A DNA stretch of 64,000 bases from Ranitomeya imitator. Taxonomy: Eukaryota. The position numbers and the translations under genes were made by a program. The notes under the pieces are model-generated. The model was not told the DNA's origin. It did not search any database and was given only the letters and a program-made list of their open reading frames with translations. The DNA is taken from contig NC_091290.1 of assembly GCF_032444005.1 (NCBI RefSeq), forward strand, positions 147,064,001 to 147,128,000, in the 5' to 3' direction. This document shows positions 38,281 to 51,528 of this stretch, piece after piece (within the stretch, counting starts at the first letter, position 1; each line of letters starts with the position of its first letter).

Positions 38281-39721
38281 TTTAAGTACACAGAAGATGA
38301 CCACAAAATCATCATCATTCCCAACACCCCCCTCCTAGCTCACAGGATAAATTTTACATGAATATAAGTGGCTACCAAACATCAGTGGGGGCTGAATATC
38401 TCCCTGTGAAGAGCTGGATCATACAGAGAGAATGTAAGTCTCATCCACAGCGATATCACAAGTTTAGGGTTGATATCTTCTGAGGTGCGAGGTGTACGTC
38501 GGCTCATGACCCAGTACATGTTATCTGCCAGGAATCCACAACGTAGCACACACATATTAATGCTCGACCACAGGGTGCTGCAAACTCACCACAAACTGAA
38601 TGCAGCACATCATGGCCACAGGCCTAATCATCTGACAGCAAAACAGGGTAGTGGGGGGCAACTGCTACCAATACACAGAGACTGAAGGGTCAAACAAGCA
38701 GGAAAACCTGATAACTGAAAACAAAAGACTATTCAAATGTAGAGAGCAGATGGACTGGTTCCTTAGAAACTAAATTACAATAAGGACTGGGTAAGGTATC
38801 TTGCAAGGAATGCTGGGGAGCGGGGCTGGCAATTGGGAGCTGCCATATTTGGGGGTTCCATTATTACAAAAACTGTGGTGTGCAGCTCTCCAGCTTTTAC
38901 TAAACTACAACTCACGGCATGGCCCAACATGGGTGCTGTAGTTTTACAACTGCAGGAGATGGACGGACGTTACAGTGGCTCCACCAATCTGTTCCGTATG
39001 TACAGGGTGGACGAGCGCTGACATAGTGGAGCCGTGAGGCATGCAACGCCTCGTTGAGTCCCGGTGACTGGTATGCAGGACATCCATGACGTCTGCTGCA
39101 GGTGAGGATGCCAACACAATGGAAACGTGCAGAAGTTCTCACGCCCCAGTGATGGTCACCATCAGCTCTTCATTTCCCTTCTGAGAACGCTCAGATTACA
39201 AATGTCATCCAAGTCTTTCCAACGAAGGATGCAAAGCTCTATAAATGCTCAAACTTTGGGGAAAAATTTTGATACTTTTCATAAGATCGATCTGCAGTAG
39301 CCAAGTTTTTGTAAATCTGCCCTTGTGCTTCAGTTCCTCAACTATTAAGAGCTCTGCTTCCTGTCAGTGAATGGGAATATCTTGTGTACATACAAAGGTT
39401 GCAAACGTAAACTTGTTGCTTCTGAGGTTGTTACAATTGTATCCAGTCTAATAGAGTCTGGACCCCAATCTGACACACTGAACCAACCTCGGCACTCAAA
39501 AAAAGCCATTTATTGTTATTAAGACTAAATATATCAGACCCAAGTTAACAGTGAGCGCCCCATAGCTACTGACACACTGTAGCAAACCAGCAGGACAGAG
39601 AAGAGGGACTGCAGTGTGCAGATACCATTGTAGCACATCCCTCTTGTCCTGGTCTTTTGTTACAATGTGTCAGAGATCAGCTTTACACAAAAGTTAATGT
39701 CTGTGAGATGATTTCACATTC

Positions 39722-40862
39722 ACTAACAGCAAGCAGAGCTCCAGGAAAAGCACGAGAAACTACAACCAACAGCAAGAAGAGCTCCGGGAAAGCGCAAGAA
39801 ACTACAACTAACAGCTAGCAGAGCTCCAGGAAAAGCAGGAGAAACTACAACTAACAGCAAGCAGAGCTCCAGGAAAAAACGTGAGAAACGACAACTAACA
39901 GGAAGAAGAGCTCCGAGAAAGCGCAATAAACTACAACTAACAGCAAGCAGAGCTCCGGGAAAGCGGAAGAAACTACAACTAATAGCAAGAAGAGCTCCAG
40001 GAAAGCGGAAGAAACTACAACTAACAGCTAGCAGAGCTCCGGAAAAGCACGAGAAACTACAACCAACAGCAAGAAGAGCTCCGGGAAAGCGCAAGAAACT
40101 ACAACTAACAGCTAGCAGAGCTCCGGGAAAGCGGAAGAAACTACAACTAATAGCAAGAAGAGCTCCAGGAAAGCACGAGAAACTACAACTAACAGCAGGA
40201 AGAGCTCCGGAAAAGCGCGAGAAACTACAACTAACAGCAGGAAGAGCTCCGGAAAAGCGCGAGAAACTACAGCTAACAGCAAGCAGAGCTCCGGCAAGGG
40301 TGAGAAACTACAACTAACAGCAAGAAGAGCTCCGGGAAAGCACGAGAAACTACAACTAACAGCAAGAAGAGCTCCGGGAAAGCGCAAGAAACTACAACTA
40401 ACAGCAAGAAGAGCTCCGGAAAAGCGCGAGAAACTACAACTAACAGCAAGAAGAGCTCCGGAAAAGCGCGAGAAACTACAACTAACAGCAAGCAGAGCTT
40501 CGGAAAAGCGCGAGAAACTACAACTAACAGCAAGAAGAGCTCCGGAAAAGCGCGAGAAACTACAACTAACAGCAAGAAGAGCTCCGGAAAAGCGCGAGAA
40601 ACTACAACTAACAGCAAGCAGAACTCCGGCAAGGGTGAGAAACTACAACTAACAGCAAGAAGAGCTCAGGGAAAGCACGAGAAACTACAACTAACAGCAA
40701 GAAGAGCTCCGGGAAAGCGCAAGAAACTACAACTAACAGCAAGAAGAGCTCCGGAAAAGCGCGAGAAACTACAACTAACAGCAAGAAGAGCTCCGGAAAA
40801 GCGCGAGAAACTACAACTAACAGCAAGAAGAGCTCCGGAAAAGCGCGAGAAACTACAACAGT
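39722..40862. repeat. Tandem array of a 42-bp unit (AACTACAACTAACAGCAAGAAGAGCTCCGGAAAAGCGCGAGA), about 27 copies
   Basis: 14-aa repeat in ORF track. Confidence 0.93.
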
Positions 40863-41224
40863 CATGTAGAAGCTGGCGTTGTTGCATACATCTGATAAGG
40901 ATACCTCCCATGACGCCCCCTTATCACTGCTCATAGAATATTCAGGGGTTGGGGTGGGAACAGAAGAAGGTGGGCAAATAATATTGGTGGCACAGTATTA
41001 TTGGGGTAGGTCAGAAAGACGAGCTAGTATCATTGGGGGTACAGGGAGGGGAGGACAGGTAGGTGAGGACACAGTACTAGAGATGGGACAACAAAGTGAA
41101 CACAGTATTTGGGGCACACACCATTATGAAGGGGCACAGACAGGTTTTGAGGGATGGCACAGTATTAGGTGGGTCACAGCATAGGAGGTACACATTATTA
41201 GGGTTGATCACACACCACCACTAT

Positions 41225-43272
41225 GGGGTGTCAGGCACTCACCGCTCTGGGGGGGGGGGTCACACACCAGTATCGGGGGGCACCATCACTCACCGATCTG
41301 GGTGAGGGTCACTGACGCCATTATTGGGCATCCCCGGCATTCACTGCTCTGGGAGCGGTCACACACCATTATCGGGGGTCACACAAGCAATTATCAGGGG
41401 TCCCCGCCACTCACCACTCTGGGGGGGGGGTCACACACCATTATTGGGGTCCTCAGCCCTCACTGCTCTGGGGGGGGTCACACACCATTATTGGGGTCCT
41501 CAGCCCTCACTGCTCTGGGGGGGGTCACACCATTATTGGGGGCCCTCAGCCCTCACTGCTCTGGGGGGGTCACACACCATTATTGGGGGCCCTCACTGCT
41601 CTGGGGGGGGTCACACACCATTATTGGGGGCCCTCAGCCCTCACTGCTCGGGGGGGGGTCACACACCATTATTGGGGGCCCTCAGCTCTCACTGCTCTGG
41701 GGGGGGGGTCACACACCATTATTGGGGCCCTCAGCCCTCACTGCTCTGGGGGGGGGGGGTCACACACCATTATTGGGGTCCCCAGCCCTCACTGCTGGGG
41801 GGGTCACATGCCATTATTGGGGTCCTCAGCCCTCACTGCTCTGGGGGGGGGGGGGGGGGTCACACCATTATTGGGGGTCCTCACCCTCACTGCTCTGGGG
41901 GGGGTCACACACCATTATTGGGGGTCCTCACCCTCACTGCTCTGGGGGGGGGTCACAAACCATTATTGGGGGTCACACACCATTATTGGGGTCCCCAGCC
42001 CTCACTGCTGGGGGGGGGGGGTCACATGCCATTATTGGGGGTCCTCACCCTCACTGCTCTGGGGGGGGGGTCACACACCATTATTGGGGTCCTCAGCCCT
42101 CACTGCTCTGGGGGGGGTCACACACACCATTATTGGGGGTCCCCAGCACTCACCGCTCTGGGGGGGGGTCACACACCATTATTGGTGTCCTCAGCCCTCA
42201 CCGCTCTGGGGGGGGGGGGGTCACACACCATTATTGGTGTCCCCAGCACTCACCGCTCTGGGGGGGGGTCACACACACCATTATTGGGGGTCCCCAGCAC
42301 TCACCGCTCTGGGGGGGGGGGGGGTCACACACACCATTATTGGGGGTCCCCAGCACTCACCGCTCTGGGGGGGGGGGGTCACACACCATTATTGGGGTCC
42401 CCAGCACTCACAGCTCTGGGGGGGGGGGTCACACACCATTATTGGGGTCCCCAGCCCTCACCGCTCTGGGGGGGGGTCACACCATTATTGGGGTCCCCAG
42501 CACTCACCGCTCTGGGGGGGGGGGGGGGCAACACACCATTATTGGGGTCCCCAGCACTCACCGCTCTGGGGGGGGGGGGTGTCACACACCATTATTGGGG
42601 GTCCCCAGCACTCACCGCTCTGGGGGGGGGGTCACACACACCATTATTGGGGTCCCCAGCACTCACCGCTCTGGGGGGGGGGTCACACACACCATTATTG
42701 GGGTCCCCAGCACTCACAGCTCTGGGGGGGGTCACACACCATTATTGGGGTCCCCAGCCCTCACCGCTCTGGGGGGGGGGGTCACACACCATTATTGGGG
42801 TCCCCAGCACTCACCGCTCTGGGGGGGGGGGGGTCACACACACCATTATTGGGGTCCCCAGCACTCACAGCTCTGGGGGGGGTCACACACCATTATTGGG
42901 GTCCCCAGCCCTCACCGCTCTGGGGGGGGGGGTCACACACCATTATTGGGGGTCCCCAGCACTCACCGCTCTGGGGGGGGGGGGTCACACACACCATTAT
43001 TGGGGTCCCCAGCACTCACCGCTCTGGGGGGGGGGTCACACACCATTATTGGGGTCCTCAGCCCTCAGCCCTCACCGCTCTGGGGGGGGGGTCACACGCA
43101 TTATTGGGGTCCTCAGCCCTCACCGCTCTGGGGGGGGGGGGGTCACACGCATTATTGGGGTCCCCAGCACTCACCGCTCTGGGGGGGGGGGTCACACACC
43201 ATTATTGGGGTCCTCAGCCCTCACCGCTCTGGGGGGGGGGTCACACGCATTATTGGGGTCCCCAGCACTCAC
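41225..43272. repeat. Tandem array of an about 48-bp unit with variable G-runs (CAGCACTCACCGCTCT-Gn-TCACACACCATTATTGGGGTCCC), about 40 copies, starting at the ZNRF1 exon 1 donor
   Basis: The unit overlaps the true exon-1/intron-1 junction at 43273/43272; G-runs vary from about 6 to 15. Confidence 0.93.
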
Positions 43273-43900
43273 CGCTCTGCGCTCCGATCCACCGCGGGGC
43301 CAGCTGCAGGGTGTCGGTGAGGGAGGCCCGCGGGCCCAGGTACAGGCCTCCCCGCGTCTCCTCTGCTCCGGAGCTGCCGCCTCTCTCGGGCTCGGGTCGG
43401 TACAGGCCGAACGGCAGCGCCGCCGCCGGGGGCTCCAGGCCGGACACGGAGCTGACAGAGCGGCTCCGCAGCCCCATGGCGCCGCCGGGCCGGTAGTGTC
43501 CGAAGTGCGAGGCCGGGGGCACGGCGCTGTCATCTGACGACACCCGGGAGCGGGCGGCCGAGCTCTGCTTCCCCCCCATGTGGAGGCTGCTGCGGGAGAG
43601 GAGGGCGGGCGGGAGCGGGAGTCGGCGGGCGGAGGAGCCGGCCTCTCCTCACATGTGTCCAGGGAGCGGCGGAGGCCTCGGGGCGCGGAGTGTCGGCAGC
43701 CCGGACTCTCACTCAGGTCTCCGGGGTGACGGGCCCACCAGACCCGGGCTGTCCATCCCGAGCTCCGCACTGACTGCGGCCTGCGCTCCGGCCGCTCCGC
43801 GCACAGATCCGCTGCTTCTGTCTGACGCGCCGCTTGTTGCTGGGCTGTAACAATGGCGCCGCCGAGTGCGCATGCGCGGCTGTGCGGCTCCGCCCCCTCA
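43270..43900 (-). promoter_or_regulatory. ZNRF1: CpG island / promoter of ZNRF1 with NRF1 motif
   Basis: Very high CpG density; TGCGCATGCGCG at 43867-43878; GC boxes. Confidence 0.7.
43273..43579 (-). CDS. ZNRF1: ZNRF1 E3 ubiquitin ligase, coding exon 1
   Basis: MGGKQSSAARSRVSSDDSAVPPASHFGHYRPGGAMGLRSRSVSSVSG...LYLGPRASLTDTLQLAPRWIGAQS(G): N-myristoylation start and blocks matching recalled human ZNRF1. Donor AGCG|GTGAGT; 307 nt. Four exons sum to 567 nt = 188 aa + stop. Confidence 0.95.
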
Positions 43901-44065
43901 CTGGCATATACGTTAACCCTTCACCCTCCATCCTCCCTGCTACAGACCTGTATCGCTCACAGCTGAGGAGCTGTTACAGTGTGCCAGGCAGCAAAATCCT
44001 GTATACTGTGCACGAGTCCGGGGTCAGAACCAAGGGTCTACCCGAAATACAGGGGTCACATGGGG

Positions 44066-47000
44066 GATTAGATACAGGAGAGGATTGCATACAGCAGACA
44101 GTATTACACAGGACAGGATTAGATACAGCAGACAGTATTACACAGGGCAGGATTAGATACAGCAGACAGTATCACACAGGATAGGATTAGATACAGCAGA
44201 TAGTATTAGACAGGGCAGGATTAGATACAGCAGACAGTATCACACAGGATAGGATTAGATACAGCAGACAGTATCACACAATATATGATTAGATACAGCA
44301 GACAGTATCACACAGGATAGGATTAGATACAGCAGACAGTATCACACAGGATAGGATTAGATACAGCAGATAGTATCACACAGGATAGGATCAGATACAG
44401 CAGACAGTATCACACAATATATGATTAGATACAGCAGACAGTATCACACAGGATAGGATTAGATACAGCAGACAGTATCACACAGGATAGGATTAGATAC
44501 AGCAGATAGTATCACACAGGACAGGATTAGATACAGCAGACAGTATCACACAGGATAGGATTAGATACAGCAGATAGTATTAGACAGGGCAGGATTAGAT
44601 ACAGCAGACAGTATCACACAGGATAGGATTAGATACAGCAGACAGTATCACACAGGGCAGGATTAGATACAGCAGACAGTATCACACAGGGCAGGATTAG
44701 ATACAGCAGACAGTATCACACAGGATAGGATTAGATACAGCAAATAGTATTAGACAGGGCAGGATTAGATACAGCAGACAGTATCACACAGGATAGGATT
44801 AGATACAGCAGACAGTATCACACAGGATAGGATTAGATACAGCAGACAGTATCACACAGGATAGGATTAGATACAGCAGACAGTATCACACAGGATAGGA
44901 TTAGATACAGCAGACAGTATCACACAGGATAGGATTAGATACAGCAGACAGTATCACACAGGATAGGATTAGATACAGCAGACAGTATCACACAGGGCAG
45001 GATTAGATACAGCAGACAGTATCACACAGGGCAGGATTAGATACAGCAGACAGTATCACACAGGATAGGATTAGATACAGCAGACAGTATCACACAGGGC
45101 AGGATTAGATACAGCAAACAGTATCACACAGGATAGGATTAGATACAGCAGACAGTATCACACAGGGCAGGATTAGATACAGCAGACAGTATCACACAGG
45201 ATAGGATTAGATACAGCAGACAGTATCACACAGGGCAGGATTAGATACAGCAGACAGTATCACACAGGATAGGATTAGATACAGCAGACAGTATCACACA
45301 GGGCAGGATTAGATACAGCAGACAGTATCACACAGGATAGGATTAGATACAGCAGACAGTATCACACAGGGCAGGATTAGATACAGCAGACAGTATCACA
45401 CAGGATAGGATTAGATACAGCAGACAGTATCACACAGGATAGGATTAGATACAGCAGACAGTATCACACAGGATAGGATTAGATACAGCAGACAGTATCA
45501 CACAGGATAGGATTAGATACAGCAGACAGTATCACACAGGGCAGGATTAGATACAGCAGACAGTATCACACAGGATAGGATTAGATACAGCAGACAGTAT
45601 CACACAGGATAGGATTAGATACAGCAGACAGTATAACACAGGATAGGATTAGATACAGCAGATAGTATCACACAGGGCAGGATTAGATACAGCAGATAGT
45701 ATCACACAGGATAGGATTAGATACAGCAGACAGTATTACACAGGGCAGGATTAGATACAGCAGACAGTATCACACAGGATAGGATTAGATACAGCAGACA
45801 GTATCACACAGGGCAGGATTAGATACAGCAGACAGTATCACACAGGATAGGATTAGATACAGCAGACAGTATCACACAGGATAGGATTAGATACAGCAGA
45901 CAGTATCACACAGGATAGGATTAGATACAGCAGACAGTATCACACAGGGCAGGATTAGATACAGCAGACAGTATCACACAGGATAGGATTAGATACAGCA
46001 GACAGTATCACACAGGATAGGATTAGATACAGCAGACAGTATCACACAGGATAGGATTAGATACAGCAGACAGTATCACACAGGGCAGGATTAGATACAG
46101 CAGACAGTATCACACAGGATAGGATTAGATACAGCAGACAGTATCACACAGGATAGGATTAGATACAGCAGACAGTATAACACAGGATAGGATTAGATAC
46201 AGCAGACAGTATTACACAGGATAGGATTAGATACAGCAGACAGTATCACACAGGATAGGATTAGATACAGCAGACAGTATCACACAGTATAGGATTAGAT
46301 ACAGCAGATAGTATCACACAGGATAGGATTAGATACAGCAGACAGTATCACACAGGATAGGATTGGATACAGCAGACAGTATCACACAGGATAGGATTAG
46401 ATACAGCAGACAGTATCACACAGGATAGGATTAGATACAGCAGACAGTATCACACAGGATAGGATTAGATACAGCAGACAGTATTACACAGGATAGGATT
46501 AGATACAGCAGATAGTATCACACAGGATAGGATTAGATACAGCAGACAGTATCACACAGTATAGGATTAGATACAGCAGATAGTATCACACAGGATAGGA
46601 TTAGATACAGCAGACAGTATCACACAGGATAGGATTAGATACAGCAGACAGTATCACACAGGATAGGATTAGATACAGCAGACAGTATCACACAGGATAG
46701 GATTAGATACAGCAGACAGTATCACACAGGATAGGATTAGATACAGCAGATAGTATTACACAGGATAGGATTAGATACAGCAGACAGTATCACACAGGAT
46801 AGGATTAGATACAGCAGACAGTATTACACAGGATAGGATTAGATACAGCAGACAGTATCACACAGGATAGGATTAGATACAGCAGACAGTATCACACAGG
46901 ATAGGATTAGATACAGCAGACAGTATCACACAGGATAGGATTAGATACAGCAGACAGTATCACACAGGATAGGATTAGATACAGCAGACAGTATCACACA

Positions 47001-48592
47001 GGATAGGATTAGATACAGCAGATAGTAACACACAGGATAGGATTAGATACAGCAGACAGTATTACACAGGATAGGATTAGATACAGCAGACAGTATCACA
47101 CAGGATAGGATTAGATACAGCAGACAGTATCACACAGGATAGGATTAGATACAGCAGACAGTATCACACAGGATAGGATTAGATACAGCAGACAGTATCA
47201 CACAGGATAGGATTAGATACAGCAGATAGTATTACACAGGATAGGATTAGATACAGCAGACAGTATCACACAGGATAGGATTAGATACAGCAGATAGTAT
47301 CACACAGGACAGGATTAGATACAGCAGATAGTATTACACAGGATAGGATTAGATACAGCAGACAGTATCACACACGATAGGATTAGATACAGCAGACAGT
47401 ATTACACAGGATAGGATTAGATACAGCAGACAGTATCACACACGATAGGATTAGATACAGCAGACAGTATTACACAGGATAGGATCAGATACAGCAGACA
47501 GTATCACACAGGATAGGATTAGATACAGCAGACAGTATCACACAGGATAGGATTAGATACAGCAGACAGTATCACACAGGATAGGATTAGATACAGCAGA
47601 CAGTATCACACAGGACAGATTTAGATGCAGCAGACAGTATCACACAGGACAGGTTTAGATACAGCAGACAGTATTACACAGGATAGGATTAGATACAGCA
47701 GACAGTATTACACAGGATAGGATTAGATACAGCAGACAGTATTACACAGGATAGGATTAGATACAGCAGACAGTATCACACAGGATAGGATTAGATACAG
47801 CAGACAGTATCACACAGGATAGGATTAGATACAGCAGACAGTATCACACAGGATAGGATTAGATACAGCAGACAGTATCACACAGGATAGGATTACATAC
47901 AGCAGACAGTATCACACAGGACAGATTTAGATACAGCAGACAGTATCATACAGGGCAGGATTAGATACAGCAGACAGTATCACACAGGGCAGGATTAGAT
48001 ACAAAAGACAGCATCACACAGGGCAGGATTAGATACAGCAGACAGTATCACAGAACAGGATTAGATACAGTAGACAGTATCACAGAACAGGATTAGATAC
48101 AGCAGACAGTATCACACATGATAGGTTTAGATACAGCAGACAGGATCACACAGGAGAGGATTAGATACAGCAGACAATATCACATAGGAGTGGATTAGAT
48201 ATAGCAGACAGAATCACACAGGATTAGATACAGCAGACAGTATCACACAGGATTAGATACAGCAGACAGTATCACACAGGATTAGATACAGCAGACAGTA
48301 TCACACAGGATTAGATACAGCAGACAGTATCACACAGGATTAGATACAGCAGACAGTATCACACAGGATTAGATACAGCAGACAGTATCACACAGGATTA
48401 GATACAGCAGACAGTATCACACAGGATTAGATACAGCAGACAGTATCACACAGGATTAGATACAGCAGACAGTATCACACAGGATTAGATACAGCAGACA
48501 GTATCACACAGGATTAGATACAGCAGACAGTATCACACAGGATTAGATACAGCAGACAGTACCACACAGAACAGGATTAGAAAGAGCAGACA
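44066..48592. repeat. About 4.5-kb tandem array of a 34-bp unit (GATTAGATACAGCAGACAGTATCACACAGGATAG), with a 29-bp deletion variant run at about 48220-48565
   Basis: Direct periodicity; ATAG/GCAG variants. Confidence 0.96.
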
Positions 48593-48867
48593 GCAGAGTC
48601 GGACTGGCCCACCTGGAAATTGGAGAATCCTCCGGTGGGCCCACCTCACAACTCCTGCCTACTTCACTTGTGCCTGCTCTGCCCTGTATTCCTATCATGC
48701 TCACCGAGCAGTCAGCGCATTATTCTGTACTGGGACGCCTGACTGCTGAGGAAACTGGAGAAGAGGGAAACATGGAGCTGTGTGAAGAAAGGACTGACGG
48801 GCCGCACCATGGAGCCCTGTGCAGATTGGAATGAGGACCCAGGACTCAGTGTGAATACTCTGAAGAT

Positions 48868-48946
48868 GTAGTTCTGTGAATATCTGAGGTAAATCATCAT
48901 GATTCTGTGGATATCTGAGGTAAATCATAATTATTCTGTGGATATC
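48868..48946. repeat. Left remnant (2-3 units) of the 31-bp array interrupted by the L2 insertion
   Basis: GAATATCTGAGGTAAATCATCATGATTCTGTGGATATCTGAGGTAAATC... same unit as 51651-52975. Confidence 0.8.
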
Positions 48947-50277
48947 CTCTGTATCTAGCTATCGCCCTACATCACTTCTCCCCTTTGCCTCCAAACTACT
49001 GGAGCAACACGTCCATCTTGAACTGTCCTCCCATCTCTCTTCTTGCTCCCTCTTTGACCGCTTACAATCTGGCTTCCGGTCACACCACTCCACTGAAACT
49101 GCCCTAACTAATGTCACCAATGACCTCTTAACCGCCAAGAGCAAGCGACACTACTCTGTCCTCCTCCTCCTCGACCTGTCCTCTGCCTTTGACACAGTGG
49201 ACCATTCCCTGTTACTGCGGACCCTCTCATCCCCTGGCATCACAGACTTGGCCCTATCCTGGATCTCGTCATACCTAACAGAGCGGACATTCAGCGTCTC
49301 CCACTCACACACCACCTCCTCACCTCGCCCCTATCTGTCGGAGTCCCACAAGGTTCAGTTCTAGGGCCCCTGCTCTTCTCCATTTACACCTTTGGCCTGG
49401 GACAGCTCATAGAATCTCACGGCTTTCAGTATCATCTCTATGCTGATGACACACAGCTCTACATCTCTGGACCAGATATCACCTCCCTACTAACCAGAAT
49501 CCCTCAATGTCTGTCCACTATTTCATCCTTCTTCTCCGCTAGATTTCTAAAACTTAACATGGACAAAACAGAATTCATCATCTTTCCCCCATCTCACGCG
49601 ACCCCCCCAACGAACCTATCCATTACAGTAAACGGCTGCCCACTCTCCCCAGTCCCACAAGCTTGCTGTCTCGGGGTAATCCTTGACGCTGATCTCTCCT
49701 TCAAACCGCATATCCAAGCCCTTTCCACTTCCTGCCGCTTTCAACTCAAAAATATTTCACAAATCCGTTCATTCCTCAACCATGAATCTGCAAAAACCCT
49801 AGTCCATGCCCTCATCATCTCCCGCTTCGACTACTGTAACCTCCTGCTCTGTGGCCTCCCCTCTAACACTCTTGCACCCCTCCAATCTATTCTAAACTCT
49901 GCTGCCCGACTAATCCACCTGTCCCCCCGCTATTCCCAGCCTCTCCCCTCTGTCAGTCCCTTCACTGGCTCCCCATTGCCCAGAGACTCCAGTACAAAAC
50001 CCTAACCATGACATACAAAGCCATCCACAACCTGTCTCCTCCATACATCTGTGACCTCATCTCCCGGTACTTACCTACACGCAACCTCCGATCCTCACAA
50101 GATCTCCTCTACTCCCCTCTTATCTCCTCTTCCCACAATCACATCCAAGATTTCTCTCGCGTATCACCCCTACTCTGGAACTCTATACCCCAACATATCA
50201 GACTCTCGCCTACCATCGAAACCTTCAAAAAGAACCTGAAGACCCACCTCTTCCGACAAGCCTACAACCTACAGTAA
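48947..50277 (+). pseudogene. Frameshifted reverse-transcriptase remnant of L2 ORF2
   Basis: Translates [83 protein letters not shown]. Split across frames; no endonuclease domain. Confidence 0.9.
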
Positions 50278-50320
50278 CCACCGATTGACCAAACCGCTGC
50301 ATGACCAGCTCTACCCTCAC

Positions 50321-51528
50321 CTACTGTATCCCCACCCATCCCTTGTAGATTGTGAGCCCTCGCGGGCAGGGTCCTCTCTCCTCCTGTATCCTCACCCATC
50401 CCTTGTAGATTGTGAGCCCTCGCGGGCAGGGTCCTCTCTACTCCTGTATCCTCACCCATCCCTTGTAGATTGTGAGCCCTCGCGGGCAGGGTCCTCTCTC
50501 CTCCTGTATCCTCACCCTTCCCTTGTAGATTGTGAGCCCTCGCGGGCAGGGTCCTCTCTCCTCCTGTATCCTCACCCATCCCTTGTAGATTGTGAGCCCT
50601 CGCGGGCAGGGTCCTCTCTCCTCCTGTATCCTCACCCATCCCTTGTAGACTGTGAGCCCTCGCGGGCAGGGTCCTCTCTCCTCCTGTATTCTCACCCATC
50701 CCTTGTAGATTGTGAGCCCTCGCGCGCAGGGTCCTCTCTCCTCCTGTATCCTCACCCATCCCTTGTAGATTGTGATCCCTCGCGGGCAGGGTCCTCTCTC
50801 CTCCTGTATCCTCACCCATCCCTTGTAGATTGTGAGCCCTCGCGGGCAGGGTCCTCTCTCCTCCTGTATCCTCACCCATCCCTTGTAGATTGTGAGCCCT
50901 CGCGGGCAGGGTCCTCTCTCCTCCTTTATCCTCACCCATCCCTTGTAGAGTGTGAGCCCTCGCGGGCAGGGTCCTCTCTCCTCCTGTATCCTCACCCATC
51001 CCTTGTAGACTGTGAGCCCTCGCGGGCAGGGTCCTCTCTCCTCCTGTATTCTCACCCATCCCTTGTAGATTGTGAGCCCTCGCGCGCAGGGTCCTCTCTC
51101 CTCCTGTATCCTCACCCATCCCTTGTAGATTGTGAGCCCTCGCGGGCAGGGTCCTCTCTCCTCCTGTATCCTCACCCATCCCTTGTAGATTGTGAGCCCT
51201 CGCAGGCAGGGTCCTCACTCCTCCTGTATCCTCACCCATCCCTTGTAGATTGTGAGCCCTCGCGGGCAGGGTCCTCTCTCCTCCTGTATCCTCACCCATC
51301 CCTTGTAGATTGTGAGCCCTCGCGGGCAGGGTCCTCTCTCCTCCTGTACTCTCACCCATCCCTTGTAGATTGTGAGCCCTCGCGGGCAGGGTCCTCTCTC
51401 CTCCTGTATCCTCACCCATCCCTTGTAGATTGTGAGCCCTCGCAGGCAGGGTCCTCACTCCTCCTGTATACTCACCCATACCTTGTAGATTGTGAGCCCT
51501 CGCAGGCAGGGTCCTCACTCCTCCTGTA
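50321..51528. repeat. 20 tandem copies of a 60-bp unit within the L2 3'UTR (CCTTGTAGATTGTGAGCCCTCGCGGGCAGGGTCCTCTCTCCTCCTGTATCCTCACCCATC)
   Basis: 20 consecutive 60-nt lines (50341-51481) are near-identical. Confidence 0.97.

Noticed and set aside
41302-43537. 637-737-aa Gly/His-rich ORFs on the plus strand
   Set aside because: Translations of the about 48-bp G-run minisatellite, antisense to ZNRF1. Frames interchange with G-run length.
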